From an uncultured Gemmatimonadaceae bacterium (GTDB lineage: Bacteria > Gemmatimonadota > Gemmatimonadetes > Gemmatimonadales > Gemmatimonadaceae), in the NCBI GenBank assembly GCA_963817955.1, contig CAWFQK010000004.1:992001-1056000 (forward strand): a stretch of DNA of 64,000 bases. Reading direction: 5' to 3'. Numbering within the stretch: position 1 is the first letter of the stretch; every line of letters starts with the position of its first letter. Made by a program: the position numbers and the translations under genes. The notes under the pieces are model-generated. The model worked only from the letters and a program-made list of their open reading frames with translations. It was not told the DNA's origin and did no database searches. Positions 8,543 to 17,242 of the stretch are shown piece by piece.

Positions 8543-8875
8543 TCATGACTTGGAGTTCCGCCGTGCGCTGCCCACGAGCATGCGGCGACCACCCGGAGAT
8601 TGCGCGACGACCACGGCCAGCGGCAACTGCATCCGCGTCCGTGGGCGCAGGGGGAGCACACGCGCCTCGGCGACTCGCGTCAACGGTGCGTCGTCATCGG
8701 AGAGCCTGAACCAGGCCATTTCTCCGCCGGACTTCGTGCAGCGCACGTAATACGCATCGGACTGCGATGACCAGAAGCAATCCCACTGCTCGCCTTCCGT
8801 GAGATCCGCGAGGAGCGCCGACCGTGGCGCATCTTCGAGCGGTTCGCGGGGGCTGGAGCAGCTGACGAGATGCAT
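8543..8875 (-). CDS. Hypothetical protein
   Basis: MHLVSCSS...EQWDCFWSSQSDAYYVRC...; converges on 7632..8534. Confidence 0.5.
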   Translation of the reverse strand: MHLVSCSSPREPLEDAPRSALLADLTEGEQWDCFWSSQSDAYYVRCTKSGGEMAWFRLSDDDAPLTRVAEARVLPLRPRTRMQLPLAVVVAQSPGGRRMLVGSARRNSKS

Positions 8876-8981
8876 GGCCGGGGGAGAGCGGTTATTGGGT
8901 CCTCGCCACAGCGGAGATTTCACAACGTTGGTGGCGGGGAGGTCATACTAGAAAACCCGGGATCAAAGCGCAATAGGAAAC

Positions 8982-9303
8982 TTTTCCATAAGTCGTTGGT
9001 ATTGCTGTGGATAGCTCATGTGGACTAGTGTCGATAACGCGCTAACTCCGCCTGCAGGCGTCGGTAAGCCCATGCCCCTCGCTGTGGAGAACCACTGTGG
9101 ACAGATGTGCATCAAAACAGATGTGTACGACCTCACTCCAATCGTTCACGCCTAGTCCATGAGTCAATTTGGCGGCGCATTTTCATGCCAGAAGTGCATG
9201 CGATTTGGCGCGCCACAGGTAACCGATTGGCCGCACAAACTCTGTCGAACATTTGTCGATAATTCGCGCCTTTCCACACGACGTGTGGACTCGCTGTTGA
9301 TAG
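8982..9303. promoter_or_regulatory. Cluster of DnaA-box-like 9-mers with an IHF-like site
   Basis: About 13 variants of TGTGGATAA/TTWTNCACA with 1-3 mismatches; TAAGTCGTTGGTA (8989-9001) matches WATCAANNNNTTR on the minus strand with 1 mismatch. Confidence 0.55.
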
Positions 9304-9346
9304 CACGGTCGTTGCCTGCTTGCTCATACACCTAGCAACGGACCCC

Positions 9347-10201
9347 ATGCGCCCCCTGTGGACTGGAGCACTCACCTTTGGCCTCGTGAACATTCCGGTG
9401 CAACTGCACTCGGCGGTGCAGGTGAAGGAGCGCGTGACCTTCCACCTGCTTCATAAGGCGGACCTCTCGCCCATCAAGTACGAGCGCGTCTGCCAGAAGG
9501 AGGGCGAAGCGGTCGCTTGGAAGGACATCGTCAAAGGATACGAGTACACGAAGGGCAAGTTCGTCGTACTCGGCGATGAGGACTTTCAGGCCGCGGCCAT
9601 CGAGTCGACGAAGACGATCGAGATCATGGACTTCGTCAAAGGCGCGGAGATCGATCCGCGCTTCTTCGAAACGCCATACTATGTCGTGCCGCAGAAGGGC
9701 GGCGAGAAAACGTACGCGCTCCTGCGCGAGGCCATCACCCGCACGAGCATGGTCGGCATCGGCAAGATCACCATGCGGGCCAATGCCACGCATCTCGCCG
9801 GCGTGAAGGCCGTGGGCGACGCCATCGTTCTCGAGATCATGCGCTTCGCTGGCGAACTGGTTGACGTGGGTGATTTCAGCTTCCCGTCAGACGTTGGCGT
9901 GCGTCCGCAAGAGCTCAACATGGCCGAGCAGCTCGTCGCCAACCTGTCGCAGCCCTTCGACCCGTCGAAATACACTGACGACTATCATGCAAATATCATG
10001 AAGATCATCCACGCCAAGATGAAGGGAAGGAAAATCGAGGTCGTCGAGCCCGAGGAGCGCGCGAGCACACAGGTCGTGGATTTGATGGCACGGCTGCAGG
10101 AAAGTCTCGCGATGGGCAAGCACCGCGGCGCGAGCCGCGGCGGCCGTACGGCGGCAAAGCGGTCACACGGGCGATCGGCGCGGAAACGTAAGAGTGCATG
10201 A
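9347..10201 (+). CDS. ku: Non-homologous end joining protein Ku
   Basis: MRPLWTGALTFGLVNIPV, IVKGYEY, IDPRFFETPYY, FDPSKYTDDY, VVDLMARLQESL, basic tail. Confidence 0.96.
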   Translation: MRPLWTGALTFGLVNIPVQLHSAVQVKERVTFHLLHKADLSPIKYERVCQKEGEAVAWKDIVKGYEYTKGKFVVLGDEDFQAAAIESTKTIEIMDFVKGAEIDPRFFETPYYVVPQKGGEKTYALLREAITRTSMVGIGKITMRANATHLAGVKAVGDAIVLEIMRFAGELVDVGDFSFPSDVGVRPQELNMAEQLVANLSQPFDPSKYTDDYHANIMKIIHAKMKGRKIEVVEPEERASTQVVDLMARLQESLAMGKHRGASRGGRTAAKRSHGRSARKRKSA

Positions 10202-10486
10202 CGGCACTGGCGCGGATGCTCGCTATGGCCCGAACGGAGATCCCGCGCGGTGAGGGTTGCAACAATGCCTGCTGGGCTGCGGGTATTCGACATTCTGCTG
10301 GACGGAAGGACATCGGTCGTCACTGAGTCGTGGCACGTGCGGCGACAACAGCTCGCCGCGCTCCTCCAACCCCCGGGAAGTTCCCGCGTGTTGCGGCTCA
10401 GCGACGCCGGTGACCTTGATCAGGCGACGCTGCGCCCGGCGTGGCAGCGCAGAAGTCGCATCGTGAGAGCTCTCGGCCATGGATGA
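10198..10486 (+). pseudogene. Remnant of an ATP-dependent DNA ligase (LigD ligase-domain-like), internally deleted and frameshifted
   Basis: ATGA overlap with ku; MTALARMLAMARTEIPRGEG, then in the +1 frame LRVFDILLDG...WHVRRQQLAALL; KxDG motif absent. Confidence 0.65.
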
Positions 10487-10886
10487 CGAGAGCAGGCGAC
10501 CGCGGCGCGGCGGCAATGCGTTATCGAGGTTCATGGCTTACCTCGAAGAGCTCGAGCGGGCGGTACTGGCCCGTGACGGCATGCGTATCACGTCGCTGTT
10601 GCGGAGGCGAACGGCCACACATCTGCCACGCGAGGTGCGCGAAGAGCTCCTGGCGCAGTCGCGTGCTCCGCGGGGCAACCTGCGCGCGCCGGTGCAGTTT
10701 CTGCGTTTCCAACATTGCATGTATCAGCTTGCGCTTGGCGGTGAGCCCCTTCCAACGGCACAAACCGAGCTGCGCCTCGATCCATCCGAGCCGGCCGGCA
10801 CCGTACGCCGGGAGGCGCTCCCAGCCGCGCGCCGCCAGACCGCCTCTGATCCCACGGATGATTTGGGCGAGGACGCAAGCCCCTGA
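10479..10886 (+). CDS. Hypothetical protein
   Basis: 135-aa ORF with TGATG coupling to the next gene. Confidence 0.55.
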   Translation: MDDESRRPRRGGNALSRFMAYLEELERAVLARDGMRITSLLRRRTATHLPREVREELLAQSRAPRGNLRAPVQFLRFQHCMYQLALGGEPLPTAQTELRLDPSEPAGTVRREALPAARRQTASDPTDDLGEDASP

Positions 10887-11441
10887 TGCTGCCCCTCGAG
10901 TCAAGCTACGCGCCGATGGAGACGCGCATTGCAGACGCGCTGCCCATAGGACCAACCTGGCAATACGAGCCGAAATGGGACGGCTTCCGGTGCCTGGCGT
11001 TTCGCGACGGCACACGCATCGAGCTGCGATCCAAGTCGGGCCAATCCCTGATGCGCTACTTCCCCGAGGTGGCTGCGGCATTGGCCGCGTTGCGCGCCAA
11101 GAAGTTCGTGCTCGACGGCGAGATCGTCGTGCCCTCGGATGCCGGCGTCTCGTTCGATGCGCTGCTGCAACGCATTCATCCGGCCAAGAGCCGAGTTGAA
11201 AAACTATCGCGCGAGACTCCGGCCCTGCTGCGTGTGTTCGATATCCTGGTCGATCAGCGGGGGACGGATGATGGGCTGCTGCCATGGGACGAAGTTCTTG
11301 CGTTGGCGCCCGGACAAGAAACCGAAGCAATGTCACTTGTCACAAGTCGCGGAAGCGGGACGATTTCGCGGCGCCACCGCTCGAGGAGCCAGAGCCAGGA
11401 AGTCCAGAGCCACGAAGCGAGGACGGATGCGCGCCTACTGA
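10886..11441 (+). pseudogene. ATP-dependent DNA ligase (LigC-like), internally deleted and frameshifted
   Basis: WQYEPKWDGFRC, LDGEIVV, LQRIHPA, VFDIL, then a break near 11262-11282; C-terminal HGTKFLRWRPDKKPKQC is in the +1 frame (ORF 11139..11441). Confidence 0.8.
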
Positions 11442-11641
11442 CGCTCCGTCGCGTCCAGGGAGATCTTGAGATCCTCGCTCAGCGATGCGTCGCCACTGAT
11501 GATCGAACGCCACGACAGTTCCGGTCCATTGCGGCGTCCTTTTTCGGTGACTTTCAATCCATCTGGCGCGATCGCGATGGTGTACAGTTTTCCGTCAATC
11601 TCAAGCTCACGCTTGATCGTCTTGTCGAGCTTCGCGGTCAT
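11435..11641 (-). CDS. Small hypothetical protein (68 aa)
   Basis: RBS GGAGG; MTAKLDKTIKRELEIDGKLYTIAIAPDGLKVTEKGRR... Confidence 0.75.
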   Translation of the reverse strand: MTAKLDKTIKRELEIDGKLYTIAIAPDGLKVTEKGRRNGPELSWRSIISGDASLSEDLKISLDATERQ

Positions 11642-11733
11642 CTCACTCCTCCATCGGGCTGACTCGGTTCGCACAAGAAGCAATTCAAGGTAGCACCACG
11701 ATCGCCGCGTTGCCCCACTTCCGCACCGAAGCG

Positions 11734-12183
11734 TCAGCGATACGGCGGCTTGAGCCGGCGCTCCATGTATGTGGAGGCGGGCATGTCGGTGGAGAAGCCG
11801 TACCGTTCGTACAGACCGCTGGCGTCCCGGGTCCAGAGCGCGATGCGGCGCAAGCCCTGAAGGTCTGGGTGAGCGAGGATCGCTTCCACCATCCACGCAC
11901 CAATTCCGCGGCCACGCGCCCATTCAGCCACGATCACGTCAGTGAGGTACGCGTAGGTGGCGAGATCGCTCACCGCCCGCGCGAACCCGACCTGGTTCCC
12001 GCCGTCATACACGCCGAAGCAAACGGAATGCTCGATCGCACGTTCGAGGACTTGGCGCGTCATCAAGGCGCCCCAGTGCGACTGGACCAGCATCGCGAGC
12101 ACCGCCGCGACGTCGAGGCGCCCGCGATCGGTCGAGAGCAGCAGTTCGCCACGCCGCTCCTCGACGAGACGGTCGTCCATCAT
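11734..12183 (-). CDS. GNAT family N-acetyltransferase
   Basis: QVGFARAVSD..TYAYLTDVIV...RGRGIG, LYERYGF. Confidence 0.9.
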   Translation of the reverse strand: MMDDRLVEERRGELLLSTDRGRLDVAAVLAMLVQSHWGALMTRQVLERAIEHSVCFGVYDGGNQVGFARAVSDLATYAYLTDVIVAEWARGRGIGAWMVEAILAHPDLQGLRRIALWTRDASGLYERYGFSTDMPASTYMERRLKPPYR

Positions 12184-12368
12184 GACGGCCACGCGGCAAA
12201 AGGACTGATTCGAATCATTCCCGTGAGGACCAAGGTGATGGCCGCCTGCTCAGCCAAGCAATATCATTCACCGGCACAGCATCGTGGTGCTGCCGCCGTT
12301 GGTAGACAGCTTGGCAGGACGGCTACGACAATACTCGCTGCGGTTATCATGGCGGCGAAAGGGGATTC

Positions 12369-13970
12369 ATGCAGAGATTCGCCCGAATGGGCGCCGCCGC
12401 GATCAGCGCCGGCGCAATGCTCACTGTCGCCGCGGCATCCGTCCGTGGGCAATCCCGAGCGGTCACCACCCCACCCACACTGATCGTGTTCATCACCGTC
12501 GATCAGATGCGAGCCGACTACCTGCAGCGATTCTCGTCGCAGCTCACCGGCGGGCTCGGACGGCTGTATCGCGGCGGGGCGGTATTCACCAACGCGTATC
12601 AGGACCATGCGATCACCGAGACGGCGCCAGGCCACTCGGTCACCATGTCGGGGCGCTTCCCTGAGCACACCGGAATCGTCACCAATACGCTCGGCGTGCC
12701 GGATCCTCAGGCGCCGCTCATCGGCGGCGGCGGTCCCGGCGCGTCACCGTTCCGCTTCCGCGGCTCTACACTCATCGATTGGCTGCGCATCAAGGATCCG
12801 CGATCGCGCGCCCTGTCCGTGTCGCGCAAGGATCGCGGGGCCATCCTGCCGCTCGGCCGTGCACATCAGAGCGTGTACTGGTACGCTATGGATGGCCGCT
12901 TCACCACGAGCCGGTATTACGCAGACACACTGCCGAGCTGGGTGCAGCGCTTCAACGAACGAAAGATCCCGCAGCGCTACGCGGGCAAGACGTGGGACCT
13001 GCTCCTGCCCGCATCATCGTACCCGGAGCCGGACAGTGTGGTTGAAGAGAATTCCGGTCGCGATTTCACCTTTCCACATCCCTTCCCGGTCGATCCCGCT
13101 CAGACGGCCCGCCAGTTCACGGAATACCCGGCCATGGATTCATTGACGGCGCAGATGGCCTTGGACGGCGTATCGGCCCTGCAGCTCGGACGTGGCCCAC
13201 AAGCGGACATTCTCGCCGTCTCGTTCTCGACCACGGATGCCGTCGGCCACCGGTACGGCCCCGACTCGCGCGAGTTGCATGACCAGATCCTTCGGCTCGA
13301 CAGGTACCTTGGCGCATTTCTCGACTCGCTCTACAAGCTCCGCGACTCCTCGACGATTGCGATCGCGCTCACCGCTGATCACGGTGTCCAGTCGAATCCC
13401 GAGCTCCGTGCGGAACGTGAACACGTCGCTGCGCAGCGCGCCGACATCGCGCCGGTGATCAAATCACTGGCGCGGCAGATCGCGGCCGGCGGCGCTGATT
13501 CAGCGGCATTCCATTACGAGGAGGGAATCGTCTCAGTCAATCGGCCGGCGCTGGCCAAGGCGCATCTCAGACCCGACTCGGTGCTCGCCGCAATTGCCCG
13601 CGCGCTTCGAAAGGTCAACGGCGTAGGACGCGTGGACTACGTGCGCGATCTGGCGCGGGCCGACACGACGCATGATGCGATCGCGCGGCGATGGGTCCAC
13701 ATGCTGCCGGCTGATTACCCGGCCGATCTGGTCGTCTCCCTGGCGCCGCACGCGTATTTCACCGGCGGCGTAACGGCAACGCACGGCACGCCGAACGACG
13801 AGGATGCGCACGTTCCGGTGATCTTCTACGGGCCGTGGTTCAACACGGGCCGTTACCAACAGCGCGCGCTCGTGGCCGACATGGCACCAACGCTGGCCGC
13901 GATCGCCGGCGTGGCGCCCGTCGAACGACTCGACGGGCGCATACGAACGGAAGCAATCAAGAAGCGTTAG
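12369..13970 (+). CDS. Alkaline phosphatase family protein (PafA-like)
   Basis: Signal peptide; VDQMRADYL, TETAPGH, SRKDRGAIL, DAVGH, TADHG, THG. Confidence 0.9.
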   Translation: MQRFARMGAAAISAGAMLTVAAASVRGQSRAVTTPPTLIVFITVDQMRADYLQRFSSQLTGGLGRLYRGGAVFTNAYQDHAITETAPGHSVTMSGRFPEHTGIVTNTLGVPDPQAPLIGGGGPGASPFRFRGSTLIDWLRIKDPRSRALSVSRKDRGAILPLGRAHQSVYWYAMDGRFTTSRYYADTLPSWVQRFNERKIPQRYAGKTWDLLLPASSYPEPDSVVEENSGRDFTFPHPFPVDPAQTARQFTEYPAMDSLTAQMALDGVSALQLGRGPQADILAVSFSTTDAVGHRYGPDSRELHDQILRLDRYLGAFLDSLYKLRDSSTIAIALTADHGVQSNPELRAEREHVAAQRADIAPVIKSLARQIAAGGADSAAFHYEEGIVSVNRPALAKAHLRPDSVLAAIARALRKVNGVGRVDYVRDLARADTTHDAIARRWVHMLPADYPADLVVSLAPHAYFTGGVTATHGTPNDEDAHVPVIFYGPWFNTGRYQQRALVADMAPTLAAIAGVAPVERLDGRIRTEAIKKR

Positions 13971-15715
13971 CTGGCGTCGCGATCGCGGCGAGCGAGCACT
14001 TTCTTGCCACGAATCGTCGTGGCGCGTAGGGCGCGGATGATCGCCTCTGCCGACTCGTCAGGTACCTCGACGAGAGAGAAATGGTCGGCGATCTCGATGG
14101 CGCCAATGTCGCGCGAGTCGATGCCCGCTTCGTTGGCAATGGCACCAACGAGGTCGGCCGGCCGCACACCGACCTTGCGGCCGAGGGCGATGTACACGCG
14201 TGTGACAGGTCCGCCGCTTCGTGGACGCGCCTCCCTGCCCTTGCGCGGGCGCTCCTCGCGGCTGCCCCCGCCGCGGCTCTCGCGAGCACCCCGCGAACCG
14301 CGATCCTCGCGCCGCGGGCGTTCCTCGCGCTTGGGCAGCGCGGCATTCGGAATCTCCTCTTCGTCCGCTCCCTCGCTTTCGCCGGCATCGTCGGCCAGTT
14401 TCACCGCCGCGGCCGCCACGTCGAGAACGTCGTACTCTTCGGACAGTGATTCGACGATCACCCGATACGAATCGAGTCCGCCACCTACGAGCAGTTCCTC
14501 GAGCGACGCGCGCGTGGTCTCCAGGCGCCGCGCGCGAAGATCATGCACCGTCGGCACCGATTCGATCGAGATCTTCCGTTTAGTAGCGTGCTCGATGTTG
14601 CGGAGCAGGCGGTGCTCGCGCGCTTCGGACAGGGTAATGGCCACACCTTCACGACCGGCACGGCCCGTGCGGCCAATGCGGTGCACGTAGGCATCGGGCG
14701 AAGACGGCACGTCGAAATTGACCACGTGCGACACGTGCTCGATGTCGAGCCCGCGCGCCGCAACGTCGGTAGCGACAAGTACCTCTGACGATCCCTCGCG
14801 AAAGCGGCGCATGACACGGTCGCGTTGCTCCTGCGATAGACCGCCGTGCAGCGCCTCGGCGCGGTAGCCGCGCGCGCCAAGCGTTTCGTTGAGCTCGTCC
14901 ACCTCTGTGCGCGTTCGGCAGAAGACGATGGCTGACGTCGGCGCCTCCATGTCCAGCACGCGCGCGAGCGCCGCGACTTTATGCCGCCGCTGCACCACGA
15001 AAGCCACCTCGCGCACACGGGGCGCCTCGCCTGGCGCAACAGTCTCGCGCGCAATGGTGACGAGCACCGGCTGGCGCAGGTGGCGGCTGGCGATGGCGCG
15101 AATCGCTGGCGGCATCGTCGCTGAAAAGAGCGCGGTCTGACGCGTCTCCGGAACCGCTTCCAGGATGGCCTCGAGGTCGTCGGCGAAGCCCATGTCGAGC
15201 ATCTCGTCAGCCTCGTCGAGCACGACCATCTGCACGGAGTCAAGCGCAAGCGTACCGCGTCGTATGTGATCGAGCGCGCGGCCCGGTGTGGCTACGACGA
15301 CGTCCACGCCGCGCTTCAGCGCACGCAATTGCTGCTGCATCGGCTGACCGCCATAGACGGGCAGGACGCGAACGCCAATCTGTCGCCCGTACTTGTGCAC
15401 CGCCTCGGCCACTTGCATGGCGAGCTCGCGCGTGGGTACGAGGATCAGCCCGTGGACAATCCGATCGTCACCATCCGGCGCGCCGATGCGATGAAGCATG
15501 GGGAGCGCGAACGCGGCGGTCTTGCCCGTTCCCGTCGCTGCCTGGCCGAGCACGTCTCGGCCCTCGAGCAGCGGCGGGATCGCTTCGCGCTGAATATCGG
15601 TAGGCTCCTCATAGCCTAGCGCGGCTACCGCCGCGACGAGCACCGGATCGAGCTTGAGGGCGAGAAAGGCGCTGTCTGCCGCCGATGCAACTGGAAGAGT
15701 GGATTCTGCGGTCAT
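13967..15715 (-). CDS. deaD: DEAD-box RNA helicase with C-terminal DbpA RNA-binding domain (DeaD/CsdA-like)
   Basis: GTGKT, PTRELA, DEAD, FSAT, HRIGRTGRAG, RPADLVGAIANE. Confidence 0.88.
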   Translation of the reverse strand: MTAESTLPVASAADSAFLALKLDPVLVAAVAALGYEEPTDIQREAIPPLLEGRDVLGQAATGTGKTAAFALPMLHRIGAPDGDDRIVHGLILVPTRELAMQVAEAVHKYGRQIGVRVLPVYGGQPMQQQLRALKRGVDVVVATPGRALDHIRRGTLALDSVQMVVLDEADEMLDMGFADDLEAILEAVPETRQTALFSATMPPAIRAIASRHLRQPVLVTIARETVAPGEAPRVREVAFVVQRRHKVAALARVLDMEAPTSAIVFCRTRTEVDELNETLGARGYRAEALHGGLSQEQRDRVMRRFREGSSEVLVATDVAARGLDIEHVSHVVNFDVPSSPDAYVHRIGRTGRAGREGVAITLSEAREHRLLRNIEHATKRKISIESVPTVHDLRARRLETTRASLEELLVGGGLDSYRVIVESLSEEYDVLDVAAAAVKLADDAGESEGADEEEIPNAALPKREERPRREDRGSRGARESRGGGSREERPRKGREARPRSGGPVTRVYIALGRKVGVRPADLVGAIANEAGIDSRDIGAIEIADHFSLVEVPDESAEAIIRALRATTIRGKKVLARRDRDAS

Positions 15716-15849
15716 CGGTGGAGATTTCCTGGAAAGTGTGCCGGTGCATACGCATCTTAGCAGGTTGGGCCGCGCTGTGCGCGGGAATGAGCGCACCTCT
15801 TGCACTTGAGGGTGTCGAAGACGTTCCCCGCAGACCAAGGATGACAATC

Positions 15850-16272
15850 ATGCGTATTCAGTTTCTTGCCGCGATAACGCTCGTCGCGAGTGCGCTCGCT
15901 GTGCCTTTGCACGCACAGGAGGCCGCGAAAAAGCCGGGCGGCCTCAACAAGGTGGCGCACGACGTGAGCAGCACCACCAAGAAGGCGGGCCGCGACGTGA
16001 AGGCGGAAGTGCACCGCGACGCGAGCAAGACGCACCAGACCCTGAAGAAGGAAGGCAACGAGACCAAGAGTGAACTCGCCAAGACGACTGGGGTTACCCA
16101 TGTTGGCGGCGAGGTGGGCAAGGCGGCGAAGAGCGTGAGCCACGCAAGCAAGACGGCGGCGAGGCACGTCAAGCACACCGTCAAGAAGACCGGCAGCGCG
16201 GCGCACAAGGACCTCACCAAGGCCGGCAAGCACGCCAAGAGAGACCTGAAGGAGTCCACGAAGAATCCATAA
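15850..16272 (+). CDS. Secreted Lys/His-rich 11-mer repeat (LEA-like) protein
   Basis: Signal peptide MRIQFLAAITLVASALAVPLHA-Q; amphipathic repeats of about 11 residues. Confidence 0.7.
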   Translation: MRIQFLAAITLVASALAVPLHAQEAAKKPGGLNKVAHDVSSTTKKAGRDVKAEVHRDASKTHQTLKKEGNETKSELAKTTGVTHVGGEVGKAAKSVSHASKTAARHVKHTVKKTGSAAHKDLTKAGKHAKRDLKESTKNP

Positions 16273-16346
16273 AGCGGCGCGTGGGCGAGTTGCGGCCGTT
16301 GGGCTAGCTCGTCACACTCACCGTAAGCCGCACGAGGAGATAGACA

Positions 16347-17057
16347 GTGTCAGCCGCGCCGCACCAGCCTTCCGACATCTGCACGCACGAGCGTCGTCCG
16401 GGAACGACGGTGTGTCTGCATTGCCGCCACGCGGCACGAATTGCTTCCCTGGAAAGGCGGAAGCGTGTCATGTTGCGCGTTGGAGCCGGCGCGGTCGTGC
16501 TCGCCGTGGTCATCACGGCCGGCGCGCTAGGCGCGACGGGATTGCTCAGCAGAAGGGCCAACCGTCAGATGCGGCCGACGGAGATTGCGGCAACGCCTCA
16601 GGCGGCCACGCCAGTCATCCCTCCCGACCCGATCGACTCGGCGGTCAAGGCGGTCATGACGCCGAGTGACACGGCCGCAAACGCCCGTGCGCCGCTGGTA
16701 CCGCAGGTGCCGCTCGGCGAGTCCACGGTGAGCGGCGGGTTCACAGCGACTCGTGTGGACAGCACCGTGACGTTGTCGTTCGATATGCCAATGGCGCGCA
16801 CGCGCATTCCCGAACGGTTTGAGCGCCTGGTGCGCGCCACGCTGCCGGCGATCTACGGAAGCGCCGTGGATTCCGTATTGGCGAAAATCCCGATGGGCGG
16901 CATCGCGGCACAAGGGGACCTGATCACGGATCTGCCGACGCGCGGCGTGCGTGTTCCGCTGAACGACGGCTGGGCGATTCGCCTGTATCCGGAAACGCGC
17001 CCCGGGAAGGATGGGCCGCTGGTCATTCACTATCGCGTAGCAGTCAGCAAGAGCTGA
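16347..17057 (+). CDS. Single-pass membrane hypothetical protein with N-terminal Cys/His cluster
   Basis: RBS GAGGAG before GTG; CTHE...CLHC followed by a TM helix. Confidence 0.7.
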   Translation: MSAAPHQPSDICTHERRPGTTVCLHCRHAARIASLERRKRVMLRVGAGAVVLAVVITAGALGATGLLSRRANRQMRPTEIAATPQAATPVIPPDPIDSAVKAVMTPSDTAANARAPLVPQVPLGESTVSGGFTATRVDSTVTLSFDMPMARTRIPERFERLVRATLPAIYGSAVDSVLAKIPMGGIAAQGDLITDLPTRGVRVPLNDGWAIRLYPETRPGKDGPLVIHYRVAVSKS

Positions 17058-17242
17058 GCGCGATCCCTGCGCGTCTCGTTGACGCGCGCCAGTGCAGCAC
17101 CAAACACCTTGACAGGTCGTCGCGCGGCGACGCGATCGTTCGCGGCCGCGAATCATGACGATTCAATTAATACGATGATCTGGTGTTGACGAATGTGACC
17201 GGCGGTCGAATCCTACTATCACCTTTCGTATCAAGGTGACTC

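Noticed and set aside
8982..9303. Definite oriC call
   Set aside because: No dnaA/dnaN/gyrB nearby, no perfect box and no clear unwinding element; kept only as a candidate DnaA-binding locus.
10886..11662. Intact 258-aa DNA ligase as listed in the ORF track
   Set aside because: Ligase similarity stops near 11262; the rest is out-of-frame read-through antisense to a real small gene.
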